A stretch of DNA of 28,884 nucleotides from contig JAZSCG010000083.1 of the NCBI GenBank assembly GCA_045602805.1, positions 1 through 28,884 on the forward strand, in the 5' to 3' direction. Shown one piece after another: positions 27,204 through 28,884 of the stretch. A model generated the notes under the pieces. The model was not told where the DNA came from and made no database searches. It saw nothing but the letters and a program-made list of their open reading frames with translations. A program made the position numbers and the translations under genes. Numbering within the stretch: the stretch's first letter is position 1; every line of letters starts with the position of its first letter. This stretch comes from Feifaniaceae bacterium. Lineage in GTDB: Bacteria > Bacillota > Clostridia > Oscillospirales > Feifaniaceae.

Positions 27204-27235
27204 ACGGACCGGAAATATTTTTCCGGTCCGTTTTT
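27204..27235 (+). terminator. Intrinsic terminator after metQ
   Basis: ACGGACCGGAAA-TATT-TTTCCGGTCCGT followed by TTTT. Confidence 0.9.
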
Positions 27236-27236
27236 G

Positions 27237-27265
27237 TTGTAAACATATGTATTTTTTTGTATAAT
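27237..27265 (+). promoter_or_regulatory. Sigma-A promoter of uvrB
   Basis: TTGTAA-17 nt-TATAAT; SD GGAGA downstream. Confidence 0.65.
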
Positions 27266-27294
27266 AAAATAAGAATAATTGTATCGGAGAAAAA

Positions 27295-28884
27295 ATGGAT
27301 CATTTCGTTTTACATTCTGAATATAAGCCTTCGGGTGATCAGCCGCAGGCAATAGAACAACTTGCAAAGGGTGTGCTTGATGGTAACAGAGAGCAGACTC
27401 TTCTCGGTGTTACTGGAAGCGGAAAAACATTTACTATGGCAAATATTATCCAAAAGGTAAACAAGCCGACACTCATTCTTGCACATAATAAAACACTTGC
27501 CGCACAGCTTTGCTCGGAGTTTCGTGAGTTTTTTCCCGAAAATGCGGTGGAGTATTTTGTTTCCTATTATGACTACTATCAGCCTGAATCATACGTTCCG
27601 CAGACTGATCTGTATATTGAAAAAGACTCGTCGATAAACGATGATATAGATAAACTGCGCCACTGTGCTACGTCTTCGCTTTTGGATCGCCGAGACGTCA
27701 TTGTCGTATCAAGTGTATCTTGTATTTATACACTTGGTGATCCCGAAGAATACAGAAATCTCGTTCTCATATTAACTGAGGGTATGCAAAAAGACCGTGA
27801 TGACGTCATAAAACGTCTTGTGGACATCCAATATGAGAGAAACGACATAAACTTTGTGAGAAATAAATTCCGTGTCAGGGGCGATGTTTTAGAGATATTC
27901 CCGGCAGGCTCTACCGAAGAAATATACAGAATAGAATTTTTCGGTGATGAAATAGACAGGATAACAAAACTTAACGTTCTAACGGGAGAAGTGATTTCAA
28001 GGGAAAAATTTATAGAAATTTATCCTGCATCCCACTACGTTGTTGCTCACGATAAGATGGAAAAAGCCATAGCGGAAATCGAAAGGGAACTTGAGGAAAG
28101 AATAAAATTTTTCAAGGATAACGAAAAACCTCTGGAAGCACAGAGAATAGAACAGAGAACAAGATATGATATAGAGATGCTGCGTGAAATCGGTTTTTGC
28201 AGCGGTATTGAGAATTATTCAAGAATAATATCGGGCAGGAAACCCGGATCAACGCCGTATACATTACTTGACTTCTTTCCCGATGATTTTCTTTTATTTG
28301 TTGATGAATCACATGTAACACTTCCTCAGGTGAGAGGAATGTACGGAGGTGACCATTCAAGAAAGAAAAATCTTATAGACTACGGATTCAGATTACCTTC
28401 AGCGTATGATAACAGACCTCTGAATTTTGGTGAGTTTGAGAAAAAAATAAATCAGGTTATCTATGTAAGTGCCACACCGGGTGAATATGAGCAGGGAAGA
28501 AGCAGTGTAGTCGCTGAACAGGTTATACGTCCTACAGGATTGCTTGATCCGATTGTTGAAGTACGTAAAACAGACGGTCAGATAGATGACCTGATGAATG
28601 AAATCCGCATAAGAATAAGCAAAGGTGAAAGAGTGCTCGTTACAACACTTACCAAAAAGATGGCGGAGAACCTTACAGCATATTTTGAAAATGCCGATAT
28701 AAATGTACGTTATATGCATCACGATGTTGATACTATGGAGAGAATGGAGATAGTTCGCGATCTCAGACTCGGAAAAACAGATGTTCTTATCGGAATTAAT
28801 CTTCTCCGTGAAGGACTCGATATACCAGAAGTTTCACTTGTTGCAATTTTAGATGCTGATAAGGAAGGTTTTTTACGTTCTTCG
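27295..28884 (+). CDS. uvrB: Excinuclease ABC subunit B, 3' part outside the window
   Basis: Translated by hand: [98 protein letters not shown]; runs off the edge. Confidence 0.98.
   Translation, partial: MDHFVLHSEYKPSGDQPQAIEQLAKGVLDGNREQTLLGVTGSGKTFTMANIIQKVNKPTLILAHNKTLAAQLCSEFREFFPENAVEYFVSYYDYYQPESYVPQTDLYIEKDSSINDDIDKLRHCATSSLLDRRDVIVVSSVSCIYTLGDPEEYRNLVLILTEGMQKDRDDVIKRLVDIQYERNDINFVRNKFRVRGDVLEIFPAGSTEEIYRIEFFGDEIDRITKLNVLTGEVISREKFIEIYPASHYVVAHDKMEKAIAEIERELEERIKFFKDNEKPLEAQRIEQRTRYDIEMLREIGFCSGIENYSRIISGRKPGSTPYTLLDFFPDDFLLFVDESHVTLPQVRGMYGGDHSRKKNLIDYGFRLPSAYDNRPLNFGEFEKKINQVIYVSATPGEYEQGRSSVVAEQVIRPTGLLDPIVEVRKTDGQIDDLMNEIRIRISKGERVLVTTLTKKMAENLTAYFENADINVRYMHHDVDTMERMEIVRDLRLGKTDVLIGINLLREGLDIPEVSLVAILDADKEGFLRSS

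Noticed and set aside
27240-27253. Possible LexA box in the uvrB promoter (AAAC-ATAT-GTAT)
   Set aside because: It has two to three mismatches to GAAC-N4-GTTY in AT-rich DNA; the position is suggestive but the match is too weak.
1-28884. Mobile elements, CRISPR arrays, defence or biosynthetic clusters
   Set aside because: I saw no transposase, integrase, repeat-spacer array or compositional break by eye, and nearly all of the coding space is explained by housekeeping genes.

Overview
This is mostly housekeeping chromosome from an AT-rich anaerobic Firmicute. Gene content and strong Shine-Dalgarno (SD) and sigma-A signals suggest Clostridia; the finer taxonomy is not determined. In order: a 3'-truncated membrane pyrophosphatase (minus strand), the rpsB-tsf operon with its t44/S2 leader, a tightly coupled pyrH-frr-uppS-cdsA-dxr-rseP-ispG-polC operon, a SigH-like sigma factor and two small Cys-rich proteins. 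Then come trmK-Nif3-rqcH, a hemolysin III-family gene, an orphan membrane-anchored protein, DUF4364, an RluA-family synthase, radC, nfnAB, a metNIQ-type ABC transporter and a 3'-truncated uvrB. I saw no mobile element, CRISPR array, rRNA or tRNA. The most unusual feature is the ~215-nt metNIQ leader. It has no S-box or T-box motif, but it carries a strongly SD-led 37-aa leader ORF and mutually exclusive 1:2, 2:3 (25 bp) and 3:4 (terminator) helices, which is the layout of a ribosome-mediated attenuator. All calls come from reading motifs by eye; no database search or folding program was run.
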